A stretch of DNA of 64,000 nt from Lama glama (Eukaryota): the NCBI GenBank assembly GCA_028534125.1, contig CM052816.1, positions 68,946,001 to 69,010,000 of the forward strand, given 5' to 3'. Every line of letters starts with the position of its first letter. Within the stretch, counting starts at the first letter, position 1. Under the pieces are notes generated by a model. It worked only from the letters and a program-made list of their open reading frames with translations, was not told the origin of the DNA and ran no database searches. Below are positions 25,245 through 39,210 of the stretch, piece by piece. Position numbers and translations under genes: made by a program.

Positions 25245-27217
25245 TTCTTAGAAGCCCTGTTGTCAGAAATACAGTCAATTGAACTAAGAGTTTCTGGAAA
25301 CCTGAGCAAGCCGAGCCTTGTGGCAGCGACGGCCTGTAGAATCACAAAACGGTCACTAGTGTAAATGTTTTCACACTCACTGTCACCAATTAGTATAGCA
25401 GGAGCGAACTTCAGAGGTTGACGTCTGTGTGATTCCTCTCATGGTGGAGCTTCTAGTTTTGCCAAAAGAGCTTGTTTATAGTAAAAGCTAATTGGAAGTA
25501 GGATATTGAAGGAAATGATTACTAATAAAAATAAAAAATACGAATATGCATCCTATGATAAAAGGGCTCCAGGGAGTCAGGAGAATTTCTGAGCCTCTTC
25601 AAATTGTACGCAAAATTCTGTGTTCCCTGAAATAGCTCTCTTATCCAGCCTAGTCAGGGCATGGCTGAATGGTTATTTAAAAAAGACAGTTAAGGCAGGT
25701 AGCCATGACATGATACAGATACATTGTCAACTTTTATTTCAACTGAAAATTAAATTGTACATTTATTCGCAATATAAGGCCACGGCCCTTAGGTCTGAGT
25801 GTAGGTTGGCTGATCAGAATTCTTCATTGTCTTTCTTGTAGGAACTACAACCATATTTCATTATCTAAGTTTTCTATTTATGATATTTATCTGGTTATCT
25901 ATTGTTATGTAACAAATTATCCCCAAACATAGTAGCTTAAAACAACAATCATTTTATTGTCTTTTATGGTTTCTGTGGGTCAGACTTTGGGAAGGATTCT
26001 TCTGAGCAGTTCTGGCTTTTGGCAAAGTTCTAGAAGGGCATGTGGGATGGGGGAATTAATTTTTAACTCTAAGTAAGCCTAAACTCAGGATGTAATTAGT
26101 GTATTCACTTGACGCTGGTGTTGTTAAAAGTTAGAACTATTTGGAAAACTCTATATCAGCACTTCTAAAGCTTGGAATTGACTTTAAAAATAAAATATCA
26201 GAAATAAACAGCATATGCCAGAATATATTTATTATAGTAATCTTTTTCAAAAGCCAACAACAAAAACACAAAAAACACAACAAAAATTTCACTTCTCTCC
26301 AAAAAACTCAACTCAACCCAATACAAACCAAACCAAAATAAGATTAAAAATAAAATCAACCTGAGTCCAGCATAGAACAAACATTAGAGTACAATAACAT
26401 GATAGAATTTACTGTGGGATTATTAAAAATGATCACTATGAAAAATACGTTAAATATGGAAAACTCTTTATATAAGTGAAAGCAATAGACAGGTAAGATA
26501 AAATATTATATACATTGTGTTTAATACTTTATAAAATACTTTTACATATAGAATATAATATGCAAAAATAAGAACAGTTGTCAGGATGATTGATAAGGAT
26601 ATACAGATAAATGTAACTGAAATAGTTGTTAAAATGTTCTTTAAAGTTATTGTTACTAGTCACTTTGATTATCAATATAAATGTGTAATATTAAATTCTG
26701 TTTTCCAGAATTAACATAATAACTTATAACTAAATAAAGAAAAGGCAATTTTATTTTTTAAAGTGTATTAGGATTTGAAATACATGAGTTTTTTTGAGTT
26801 GCTCTCTATTCTTGCTTATTCCCTTCTCTGACCTAGAACCTGAGGACGCGGGAGACAAACCACAGAAAGACTGCATTTCATAATCAGATTCTAGGGGCAT
26901 GTATCAACTACTCTAGCAGCAGATTTTTGCCCCATGGGATGTGTTGGATGTGGTTTTTCATATTGTTGTATTATTTTTCTGTGTTTGAAATATTTGAAAT
27001 TGTTATCTGAATTTGAAGAAGGCACAAACAGGTGATTTCTAGTCTCTGAGAAAAGTAGTCTCTGGAGAGTGCAGTAGCTCCTGCCCTGGGATCAGAGGCC
27101 CAGGAGGGCTGCGATGGGTGCAGACCTCTGGCACTTCGCCTTAGCAGCATGCATAACATTCTTGAGCTCACTTTCTCCAAGGCTGACCTGACTGTGTGAT
27201 TATTTTGAACTTTAAAG

Positions 27218-27343
27218 GCCATGGACTGGTGTCCCTGGCAGTCTGAAGTCCTTGCTGTTGGAGGAGGAATGAAGGATGGACACTTACACATCCTGGACAT
27301 AAATACTGGGCAAAGCACCCAAACCCCAAGTACAAATTCACAG
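27218..27343 (+). CDS. CDC20B: CDC20B exon 10
   Basis: ttaaag|GCC...CAG|gtaaa; 126 nt; AMDWCPWQSEVLAVGGGMKDGHLHILDINTGQSTQTPSTNSQ. Confidence 0.96.
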
Positions 27344-27846
27344 GTAAAGGCCTCCTCTGGAGTTTACCTTGATTCTGATTTTCTAGAATCTTGTGAAAAT
27401 AACTTATGATAGAGCACACCTCTCTTTACCTGCCGAGTCCATAGGAATTTCAGTTCTTAAGAATTTCTTTCTATAAAACCTCTTCATCTGTGAGTTGAAA
27501 GTTAATTTAACTTGTTTAACTTGTATATCCTTTTAGCCTTTTTTTTTTGCATTTCCCTTCCTTCTTGACTTTGACTATGAAACAGAGCAGTCTGTATGTT
27601 CCTGATAATGATCATAGTCCACTTAAATTTGTAGGTTCATTGCTCCTAAGCCTATTTGTGTATTTAGTCTTTTGTTGCCTTGGGATACATTTTCCTAGAA
27701 CTAATGTAATTTCTCTAATACCCTTACCCCATGAGTGGACTGGAGGATGGATATGGACAGAACAGACTGCTTAGAATCAGTTTAACATGTACTCACAATG
27801 AATCAGAAATTGTCATATTTCTATATTTTGGGGGTCATTATTACAG

Positions 27847-27964
27847 ATTTGTTCCCTAATCTGGCTTCCTAAGACAAAGGAGATTGCAACTGGCCAAGGT
27901 TCTCCTAAAAATGATATAACTGTGTGGGCCTGTCCTGCTCTGGACAGGTCCGGTGGATTTCTTG
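27847..27964 (+). CDS. CDC20B: CDC20B exon 11 (last exon visible; terminal exon not found)
   Basis: ttacag|ATT...CTTG|gtaag; 118 nt; ICSLIWLPKTKEIATGQGSPKNDITVWACPALDRSGGFL(G). Confidence 0.95.
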
Positions 27965-30466
27965 GTAAGTAAATAGGTAAGTAAAATGCCACGTACCTAT
28001 TACAAAGTGAGTTGCTATTTGTGGAAACAGCCACGAATGGAAGGTTGTCTCCGTCCGGTTCCTTGGAGTGTACGTTTCATCAGAGGAAAAAGGCTTTCAC
28101 CCGTCACACCTCAGGGAGTGTATGCATGAGTGTTTCTGAATTTGACTAAGATTGTTCACCACTGATAACTGTCATGTCTCCTTTCATACGCGTATGGATG
28201 ATGCAGTGATTATTAGGGACAGGTTTTAAACTGTATTTCTGAACTGTGAAGTTAGCATTGTAACTCATTTTACCCTATTCTGAAGAAGAACCAGCAGTGC
28301 TGAAATGCATGGGAGGTAAGAAAATATGGAAAGTGTGAGGCATTGTTCTCTGTGGGGAGACCACTCCAAAGTGTGAGACTCTGGGGAGCCTCTGCCCTTT
28401 CAAGGTTGTTCTTTCTTGTTGTAGTTCTATCATCTTTTACTGGCAACTTCTTGAGAGCAAGACTCCATGATGGAGATTAAGAACCAGGCTTTGTCCTCAA
28501 GAGTCTTAACTGCTCTTGGGTGCAATGTGAAATGTTACAGGGCATGAAGGTGAGCAGTCTCTCCTTCTACCTAGCCCTGGGAAACAGACAGGCAAAAGTG
28601 CTGGTTGATGAAGAAACAGAACACTGGTATCCACTCTCATGTAGACCTCCAATTACACATCCTATCTTCTTCCTCTTGCCGCCCAACTTATCTTCTGGTC
28701 ATCCTCAGAATTTATTTATTCAATATTTATTTATTAAGCATCTATACTTAAATTGGGGTGCTGGGGATATACAGGTGAACCAGAGAAACAATAATCTGCT
28801 TGCCCTCATGGAGTCTACACTTTTGTGGAAGGAGACAGATAAAAACCAAATACATAAAATGTTAGGTAGCAATGATAGCATGACTCTCTTTGGAGATTCT
28901 GAGAACATTATTTGGCAACAACAAAACACCCTTAACAGAAAGACTTCCTGCTTCTGCTGGTCAGCCTGGCTGGAGCTCTGGTTAGCCTCAAAATGATTTT
29001 ATGTCCTTCAGCTGTTATACTGTGTGACTTGGTAAATAAAAATACAGACAGCTCTTGTCAGAGTCACTTCAATGGCCGGCATGAGTGCAGGAGGAGCACG
29101 AGTTGCTTTGCATATTTTTGATCATAAGACATACAATTCACTGGACCTTTTCAGTTTAGAGAATTATTTAAATCAAGCATTAAAACCCACTTTATAAAAT
29201 TACAATTCTAGGAGCTAGACAGGGTTCTTCAGCTAGATGGGTGCACTGATAAATACGCGAATCAATTTGCTGATGCTTGGAATAAAGAATGTACTTATCA
29301 GTGTATTTCCGTGTTTCTCTGGCTTTAACAAGAGAAACAAAACTATGTTTCTTAGTTTAATTCCTTGTGAATTTTTTCATTGATATTAGACAACAAATCC
29401 AAAGAGTACATTTAACCTTTTCTCCTTCTCTTAAGATGTTAATGGTTGAAGAAGATGCAGTTACTTTTGAACTCTTAGACACTACTTTCCATCTCTACCC
29501 CACTAGTTTCTTCTATATACAGTATTTCCCAAAAGTGTTTAGCAGGAAGGTTGTTATACAAACACACATCATGTGGTCAGATAAATTTGGAAATTCTGGG
29601 TTGAACAAGAACAACTTTTTTTCCCTAAGGACATCTCAAAGTCTCAGATACATTATATGTTTTGTGAATCTCCAAGAGGAGGCTGTAGCACTCATTGTTT
29701 CACAAACCCATTCGGGAAATCTTTGTATGGGAGCAGCTTGAGGTGCTTGCTTCATGAACACACTTCAGGGGGCACTGCTGCATGTAATGGGACTGCTGAG
29801 ATCTTAGTCAACGTTTCCATTGTGGGTCAAGATCAGTATTCTTAAGAAAGAAATACAATAGTACAGAATGGAAAAATGGAAAAACGGAAACATAGATATT
29901 ATTTTGTGAAGCTTGTTACAGTCGTCAGTACATATATGTGCCTATGTATGAGGTCACTGAATTAAATGTAGTTTTTACTCTGGGTTGTGGTAAAAAATTT
30001 GGAAAAAAGCTCTTCTAGATTATGGTCATGCCCATAGTCATAATTCTCTGGGGGAAATTTTTATTTAAGGAAGCCTCACCCACCTGCTTCAGAAGAAAGA
30101 TACCTTATAATTCCCTCTCCTATCCTTCCAAGAGTTATAATTTCTAAGCTTTGAAACAGCAGAGGTAGCTTTCTAGTCTATGAGTGATCTGGCCTTTGAC
30201 TTGGTTCAGAGCATGTGAATTAATATGTGGTCTCATTTATGGTTATAGCTGCATAAAGAAAACAAAGCTTTCAGTGCTTTCTGGGACAGTACTCTTGGAA
30301 TGTAGGGATGTAGATCCTAAAAGAGGACCTTTGTCTGAGATAAGGGGCATTTCCCACTCACTAGTAAACTAAGATTGTCACGGATGTGAGAGGAGTATTT
30401 CAGGTGTGATTTTGTTTCCAATCCAGACACCATTTTCCTAACAAGGTCTGGAAGTAGCTGTCCACT

Positions 30467-30966
30467 NNNNNNNNNNNNNNNNNNNNNNNNNNNNNNNNNN
30501 NNNNNNNNNNNNNNNNNNNNNNNNNNNNNNNNNNNNNNNNNNNNNNNNNNNNNNNNNNNNNNNNNNNNNNNNNNNNNNNNNNNNNNNNNNNNNNNNNNNN
30601 NNNNNNNNNNNNNNNNNNNNNNNNNNNNNNNNNNNNNNNNNNNNNNNNNNNNNNNNNNNNNNNNNNNNNNNNNNNNNNNNNNNNNNNNNNNNNNNNNNNN
30701 NNNNNNNNNNNNNNNNNNNNNNNNNNNNNNNNNNNNNNNNNNNNNNNNNNNNNNNNNNNNNNNNNNNNNNNNNNNNNNNNNNNNNNNNNNNNNNNNNNNN
30801 NNNNNNNNNNNNNNNNNNNNNNNNNNNNNNNNNNNNNNNNNNNNNNNNNNNNNNNNNNNNNNNNNNNNNNNNNNNNNNNNNNNNNNNNNNNNNNNNNNNN
30901 NNNNNNNNNNNNNNNNNNNNNNNNNNNNNNNNNNNNNNNNNNNNNNNNNNNNNNNNNNNNNNNNNN
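30467..30966. other. Assembly gap (exactly 500 N)
   Basis: N run. Confidence 1.
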
Positions 30967-32183
30967 AATATCTCACATTCACATCTACATCATAGGATTT
31001 GCTTTTGGGGAAGCCCAAACCAAGATAGCAGCCTTAAAGTATTTGGTTGGGGTCCCACATGCCTCTTATTCTTTCTGCCTCTCTCTATTATCCACATCTC
31101 CAACTGCAATTCCAACCCCACAGTGTAGGAGCTATTTTTCTGACATAGCTATGGGTGCAATTTGGGATCGACAGCCTCTTTGCCTCAGATATTTCTATGG
31201 CAATTTCCCTGGGGTAAGTAAGTGATAGGTATTTAGAATTAATAGCATCACAAAACCCTCCTGAGATAAGCAAACCACACAGAATGACACTTGGGAAGGG
31301 GAAAAATGTCAAAAAGCCATTTCTCTGTAGAGCTTGGGACTTCAACTTCCTTTGACAATAAATTCCTAAGTGAAATCAGAAAATTTGCATTTGGGCTAAA
31401 GGCAAATTATCTGACATCTCTTGTATCAATACTACCAACAACAAGATTTGCAGGTTATATCCATTCTCAGACTTACTGACCCAGATGTTTTTATAATGAC
31501 TACATCAAGTTCATCAGACTCTTTTGAGATACAGTTTTTTACAGAACTGGAAAATATTAACATTCCTAAATCCTTTAATTATATGATGAACTGAAGAGAA
31601 CAATCACATGAAAATTAATGAAGTAATTTACCATTTAAAGTTCAATATTGCTAAAAGCTGACTAAGTATTTGACAAAGCCAAAACAAGTAACTCTGAAAG
31701 TAATCTCTTTCACACCAGGCATACTAATTATTTTTATAACCTTTTTTCCCCTTCTTACAAAGTAATGACAATGCTTACTAAGTCTTATGTAAAGAATGGC
31801 TCATTGAAATTTCAAATAAATAATAATACTCAATGTTTATATAGTGTTTTTTTTTTAACTATGGTGCTCCAAGAATTATCAAATTATAGAACTTTCTAGT
31901 TCACCTGCTTTATCCCTAATACCATCTTACTCCTTGTGTTTATGAATCATTTTTAAAAATGGCTTCAAGCATGTGATAATTACATTCTTAAATGGTTTCA
32001 GGAGTAGAGATTTATTAATTCATCATTCTTTTTTTTTTCAATCATTCATCAATATAATAGATTCTTCCATTCATCTGTCTGTTTATTCACCCACTCATCC
32101 ATCTATTTACAAAATTTTTAAGCAACCACACATATGAGGTCCTATGGCAAGTTCTGGCTGTACAGTGGTGATCAAAAAAGATA

Positions 32184-32290
32184 GGGGTATGAAAACGAAT
32201 ATATGTATGTATATGCATGACTGGGATATTGTCCTGTACATCAGAGAAAGACACATTGTAACTGACTATACTTCAATTAAAAAAAAAAAA
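32184..32290 (+). mobile_element. Very short 5'-truncated L1 3' terminus with poly(A)
   Basis: gaatatatgtatgtatatgcatgactgggatattgtcctgtacatcagagaaagacacattgtaactgactatacttcaatt followed by A12. Imperfect TSD aaaaagataggg / aaacagataaggg. Confidence 0.7.
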
Positions 32291-35200
32291 CAGATAAGGG
32301 TGGGTCCAAGTGCTCATCGGGCTTGGTATAGTGAATTTTACTGCATAAATTCTAATAAGACTTCTGTGATTATACTGTTTCTAACTGAAATAATTTTTGA
32401 AATATGTTTTTCCTAATTGAGATTCAGTTAATTTGAGATATAATTCTTTTAACTACACAAATGTAAAGGTCAGAACACTTGAAAGGAGAAGAAGCTCCTG
32501 TCTAAATACAGCTGAGTTCAACAAACCCAAACCTGTAGTCTTTGCAGGTTAATGTGGTTAGATCACACTATGAGGTGTGCCATTCCCTTGCTTGGCGAAG
32601 CAAGGTGGTGGCCCATGCAACCAATATATCAGCCCACTTCTGTTTTAATATTGTTTTGTTGAGGTGGGTTTGTTTGTTTGTTTGTTTAATGATTGAGAGA
32701 ACAGAGGCTGCAGGCAAGGCAAAATTTGGAATGCGTCTATCCTTGAATTTCCATGTCAAGTTGGGGTTCACAAATTTTTCTTCTGTTCCCCGGTCATTAG
32801 ATCTTCTAAAAGGGCAAATAAATGATCATTCCTGACTCACACAACAAGCTGAATCATCTCTTGGTGGGAGAAATGGAACATTTCCTCTGGAGATTTATCT
32901 ATTCACATTGCTTGGTCTTGGATGTCTCCATGATGGGTTTAGGTCCAGACAGAGCCAAGTTCTCAAAAAGAGCAAATGAGTTCACCTTTATTTTTATTGA
33001 CATGATTTTACTACAGCAATTGCTATAACTCTTGTTCTTTTTCATCTGGTCAGAGGTGGGTAGTACAAATCTGGTGATCTAGATATTTCCTTCCCTCTGC
33101 CTTGGGAAGTTGTTGACGAACTACTAGTGAACCAGGCCTCATCTGTATAGGCCCAGAGTGGTAGAGCAAATTGTCTTGCAGGGATCTGAATGACTCCCAC
33201 TTGACTAAGCTTTTTGTTCCCATGTTCACATCTCCATTAGAACAATTTTTGTCTTATAACATAGTTGTTTTGTGTGTGTCTCCATTATGACTATTCTACG
33301 CATGTCACCTTTATAATAATTTTTGGAGCATAGTATATTTGTTTTTTTGCATGTTCATGTTTACTTGCTAGTCTATGAATTCCTACAGAGCAGGAATTGT
33401 CTTTTCTTCTTGCTATTTCCAGGGATCAGCACGGTGCTCAGTAAACAGAGGTGTTTGGTAAGTGTTTGTTGAATGAATGACTGAATTAGAGAATCTCTGA
33501 ATGCTCAGTAGTGAGGACTCAGGAGTCTATGGGTTTGTTAACATGATCACTCTTTGCACTGTTGGCTGGTCTGACCACATGTGGGCCTGCTTTGATTTTC
33601 TATAAGATTGCTAATATTCAGAGTATTACTATATTCAGCTGTCTTTCAGTGGAGTTGCTTTTGTAGTTTGGATGGAAAAGCTGCTATATTATTTCAAATA
33701 GTTGTGAAATAATAAAACAAATAATAACCTCAAATGCCAGAGAACATTATTTTCATGGATCTTTACAAAAACCAGTTCTACAAGATCCACTTACAGAATA
33801 TACACAAAAGGAGAAAATAGTGTTACAGGCTATTGAGTGCCATGTATTTTTATTATAGGAACAAGAATGTTTGCCATGCAGCAGTATGTGGTTAAGATAA
33901 AAGTATCTTTTCGAGTAAGTCAGGGCATTTTCTCCATGTTAAGCCACAGGATGAAACAATAAGAAGGAAGTGATTTATTGACTATAACATTTAAAAGTTA
34001 CTTTTCTGAATCAATTTTTGTTTAAATAGGGCATAGTAGAAAACTAAAACCATTTGGGATTTTGGATCTGGGCATAAGGGCATAAAGACATATGTTTGTC
34101 ATTGTTTGGAGCATACATCAGGAGAGAAATTTTCAGTTTCTGATTTTTATCTTTTAGGATTTGGCAGGGGTGTATGTAACAGAAAATTTCAAATAATAGT
34201 GGATTAAACATATAAGTGTTTGTTTTCTTTCACACAGAAGAAGTTCTCAAGTAAAGAGTACAGGATCGGTATAGAGGTTCCTTTCTGCTTCATTGTCACT
34301 AACACTTGGTTTCTATTCAAGTTTGCCTCATGGTTCCAGCATTGCTGCTGGAGTTCTAGCCATCACATCTACAATCCAGGCAGTAGGAAGGAAGAAGGGG
34401 AAAAGGGCACTCCTTCCTGTTGAGTAAGCTCTCTTTAAAGGAACTTCCTAGAAGCTCCCAGCCAGTGATTTTCACTTATATCTCCTTGACCATTACTAGC
34501 AGTGAGAGAGGCTGGAAAAGACCATCTTTTAGCTGTGTACCTTTGTGACTCCAAATAAAATCTGAGTTTTGCTATCTGGAAAATGTAGATGGCTGGTCAG
34601 TAGCAAACCAGCAGTCCCTCCTACTGAATGAACCAGATAAAATACAGCTAAAAAACCATAATACTTCTTGGAGTTATTGGATAATCAGAGCACCAATGGG
34701 AATATGTATGTAAAGATACTCCAAATATGAGCACATTTCATTTCCCTGGCCAGAGCAGAGATGCTAGGAGTACTCTCTAGGAGAAACACAGGTTGTTGAT
34801 CTGTTGAAAAATCTCATGACATAGTTAAAATTCATTATGTTGTCAAATTTACCAGGGTTCAGAGTTGATCTTCATTACTGGAGGGATTGAAACTTGATTT
34901 ATTTTTTTAGCATATCAAAAGTGGATTTCAGTTTTAAAAGAAAAATTCAAATTATCCCAACTTTAAGGTAAAAAAAGATCATAGATGTAGAAAAGCAAAA
35001 TGTTTATTTATTTGCAATAAGAACTGTCCCAGGGAGCAAAGTGCTCACAGAAGTTTGTTTGGTGAGCATCGAATTAGAAAAATAACAGACAGATCAGCTG
35101 AATGCCTAGTGGAATCAGGCTAAAGGAAGGATGGGCTTGCCAGGAGACCAGAAGGCAGGGGTATGGGCTTCCCTCCCTCCTTTCCCCATCAGTTCTTGTT

Positions 35201-36094
35201 GGTCCTCTTCCTGTGTTGTCTCCTCTTTCCTGCATCCACAGATGTCTTCCTTCTCTTCTGACTGGGGCACTATTGAGAGTTGTTAATCTTCAAGCAGATC
35301 ACAGCCTGTAATAGGCTGTTACACAGACATTTATGGTTAAAACCAGAAAATGAATGTGATCCTTTCACGGTAGAGGAAAAAAGTGATGAGGAGGATTTGT
35401 CAGTCTAGAATTGACTGATATGACTCACCAAAGAGACTGAAGAATTTAACGTTTGTAAACAGGAAGTCGATATGAGAAACCTTAAAAGCAGGGCTGAATC
35501 GTTCAAGACTCAAGGAACCCAACTGTTTAGCCAGCATGCACTTGGCATTCAAAGAACTCATAAGACAACATCTAAGTGGTTTTCATTTGTGAAATTGTAA
35601 GCTTTTTGAGAGATCTGAGTACATTGCCCTTGGACAGTCTGCTTTCTCCCTCATCACATGTGTCCCCTTTCCTAAACTGAGAGCCTAGGCAAAGAGGAAG
35701 AGGGGTGCTGATTGACTGAGAGCAGTTCTCCTTTAACGAGATACCTTTCTGAAACCATCCAGCTCTGCAGCTTTGTTCTTCCGATCGTTCAGGATGAGAT
35801 CCTCTTCCTAGCATTTATTTTGTGCAGTAACTATGAGAGACACTGACTCTGCTACCTAGTTCTAGGCTGGTTTAGTCGCTCACCTGCATTAATATTGATT
35901 TATTTAATGCATTGTATTTGGACCTAATTGTTTTTAGTGTTATTATTTTCTGTTGAAGATGACTGGACATAAAGCATGAAGCCTTTTTCTGTGTCTGTGG
36001 GGAAAACAAATGTGCTCTGTCCACAGTCATGAAGAAGGGAGAAGATGGGCTAATTCAGAATGACAACAGCCGACCACGTATCCCTGAAACCTTT

Positions 36095-36709
36095 TGATAC
36101 AGGAAAAATGTAGGGCGAGAAGATGGCCATGTCCCAGGTCTTCATTGAGTCCCTGGGATGTGCCCCGCCAAGTGTGGGTCCTTGGCTATGTGCAGGAAAG
36201 AATTAAAGAGTGAGCCACAGTTGAGTAAAGGTAGATTTATTCAGAGAGATACATACTCCATAGACAGAGTGCAGGCTGTTTCAGAAGGCAAGAGAAAGAC
36301 CGAGAGGTATGTGGGTTGGATGCTTAGTTTAAAGTAAAAGTAGATACACACTCCATAGACAGAGTGCGGGCCGTCTCACTCAGAAGGGAAAGGGGCCATG
36401 AGATGTGGGGGTTGTTCATTTTTATTGGCTCAGTAACTTCATTTTGCTAACATGTGGGAGGATTATACGAACTACTTTGGGGAAAGGGCTGGGATTCCCA
36501 GGAACCGGGCAATCCCCACCCTTGACCTTTTATGGTCAGCCTTGAAACTCTCCTGTCACCTGTGGGAGTACCATTTAGCAGCTATTGTATTTTAATGAGT
36601 GTGTATTAAAGCTCAAGGTCTACTGGGAGTTCAGTCTTCCACCATCTTGGTGCTGACTGCTGTGTCATTCTTTTAATGGTTGGGCTCTGCCCCTTTCCCT
36701 CTTGTCTCT
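36095..36709 (-). mobile_element. Solo ERV1 LTR, MER41-like
   Basis: TG start; 4-bp TSD CTTT (36091-36094, 36710-36713); minus-strand AATAAA. Collinear blocks resemble antisense MER41 as recalled (ggaaagaatt...tttatt...actccatagacagag...catttttat...ggattat...gggaaaggg...ttcccaggaac...ccatcttgg). Internal ~40-nt duplication at about 36248 and 36342. Confidence 0.75.
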
Positions 36710-38269
36710 CTTTGAACAGTTTTAAAATCTGAATATTTGCCTCACTTTGACTGTCAACTTGTCTTTGAGGCCATAGATGGAATCAAATAATGTCTCAAAG
36801 ACAGATCTCACCAAACTAAAGTGCTATATTCTTTTAGGCTATGTTGGGAAGATTTTGGTATGTTTAATAAAATACTACTTCCCTGAAAGGATGAGGGATA
36901 CTTTTCAGTTGCGGGATCCATCATCAGTTGCTTGTCAAAATAAACTTTTTATCTTCCAATTTCAGAGCCACCAGAACTTCCATAGCTGTTGACAGAAGCT
37001 TCCTCTCTGGCAGTCTGATCTAGTTGGACTAGTGGATGTGAACAGCATGGAGTCTAAAATCAAAACACAACTCTCAGGTTTTAGTGACAAATTTTCAGAC
37101 CAAACTGCAATTCGAGGAAATCTTTTGTTACATTAAGGAGATTTACAATATATTCCATGGATTTGAAATTTGGATGAGATTATTTTTTTAATGGTGAGTC
37201 CAGAGTTTCTATAATTCCCCTACCCCTTTTTTTCTAATGAAATGTAGTCTTGGATTTCTGGGTCATAATTGGTATATTTTTAATGAATCAAGATGACACA
37301 AAATGGAATATTTAAAGAACCTTTTTATTACCTTATTCTTAAAGCAATTTTATAATTTTAATTAGGTTGCTTTTAAACTCAATGCTTCCATTAGGCTAAG
37401 TATTCATAGTGGAATAGTACTTGTTAATTGTTTCTAAGAACCGTGACAACAAACATAAAAGAATCCATTTCTATATGAATGTAAGAAAATTCAATGATGC
37501 CATCTGGAAATGAGCACTGTTTATCTTCTGAAGTCCAAATTAAACATAAAAGCTTAGATGAATACTTGGTTTCTGCCTGTTGAAGGAGAAGCCTGAATGA
37601 CACTCCCATCCTCTGCCACCACCCACTCAAATTACAAATTGTTTCTATCACTGAACCACCATAGTCAAGGACAGCTGAGACCCTCAAGTGCACCTACTGA
37701 ATTGCACTTTGGTCTTCAGTCATCAGTTCACATTGACGGATTTATAAAAAACAGTCCATGAAACTGATTGTTCTTTTTTTGTAAGATGTTAATTATCAGT
37801 GGCTTTTGGATTTGACCATTTATCAGAATCAACTGAAATGCTTTTATACAATGCATATTCCCAGGCCCACCTCAAGCCTATTTAATCTGAATTTCTGAGC
37901 AAGGAGTAAGAACAATCTGTATTTCAAACAATCTTCTCAGGTGATCCTGATGCAGTTGGTAGAGACCTAGGAACCACAGCACAGTGTCTTTCTTAAGATG
38001 ATAGTGGAAGAAAGTTCTGTGTAGTTTCAGTTCCAGCACAAGCGGCCCTACCTCTGGGCAAATGTTTTATTTTTATTTCCTGGATACTGTAATTTGTATA
38101 ACTGATTGTGTTGATCTTTTTGCATTGACTCATGTGAAGCATGGGGCCAGATATGGCTCCTTCCAGCAAAAGCATAGGGAGAAAATTATGGCACTTTTAA
38201 CAACACTCCTATCTTCTCTTTCTTACTCTCATTTCCACCTTCCTCAGTTTCTTCACTGAATTATTATTT

Positions 38270-39210
38270 ATTTAAATTAATTAGTTACTTAATTAAATTT
38301 ATTTGTTTATTTATTTATTTACCTTTTGATCCTTTTACCCCCTTTCTTCCACTCCTCATCCCCCACCAATCTGTTCTCTGTATCTATGAGCTTTTTTTCC
38401 CTTTTTTTTTAAGATTCCACCTATAAGAGAGATCATATAGTATTTCTCTAACTTATTTCGCTTAGCATAATGCCCTTGAAGTCCATCCATGTTTTTGCAA
38501 ATGGCAACATTTTATTCTTTTTATGGCTGAATAATATTTCATATTGTGTGTGTATGTGTGTATCACAATTTATTTATCCATCATCCATCGATAGATACTT
38601 AAGTTGTTTCCATATCTTGGCTGTTGTAAATAGTTCTGCAGTGAACATGGGGGTGCATACGTCTTTTTGAGTTAGTGTTTTCATTTTCTTCAGATAAATA
38701 CCCAGAAGTGGAATTGCTGGATCACATGGTAGTTCTATTTGTAATTTTTTTGAGGAAAAATTATTTTTAATTTTTATATTTTGTTTTATTGTGGGTGTTT
38801 TTTTTTTCCTGGTTGAATTGCTTAATCTCTCTTTTCCTTGGTTCTTTTTTTATTGAAGTATAGTTGATTTACAATGCTGTGTTAGTTTCAGGTATAGAGA
38901 AAAGTGATTCAGTTATACTTATACATATATATATTCTTTTTCAGATTCTTTTCCATTATAGATTATTACAAGATGTTGAATATAGTTCCTTGTGCTGTAC
39001 AGTAGATCCTTGTTATTTATCTGTTTATGTATAGTAGTGTGTATACGTTAATCCCAAACTCTCCTAATTTATCACTCCCCCAACTTTGGTAACCATAGTT
39101 TGTTTTCTATGTCTGTGAGTCTATTTCTGGTTTGTAACTAAGTTCATTTGTATAATGATTTTTAGATTCCACATATAAATGATACCGTATAATATTTGTC
39201 TTTTTCTGTC
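38270..39210 (-). mobile_element. Two adjacent L1 3' fragments (about 38270-38760 and 38850-39210)
   Basis: T-rich heads followed by agattccac...tatttc and ttattgaagtatagttgatttacaatg antisense L1 3' UTR motifs. Confidence 0.8.

Noticed and set aside
29760..29845. AACNGTAEILV as the missing CDC20B last exon
   Set aside because: Only superficial similarity to AAADGTASVW; no GHRGRVL motif, no terminal Trp and no suitable acceptor.
31151..31220. ATG...GGG|gtaagt exon-like segment just after the gap
   Set aside because: Wrong strand for granzymes, no recognisable peptide and no partner exon.
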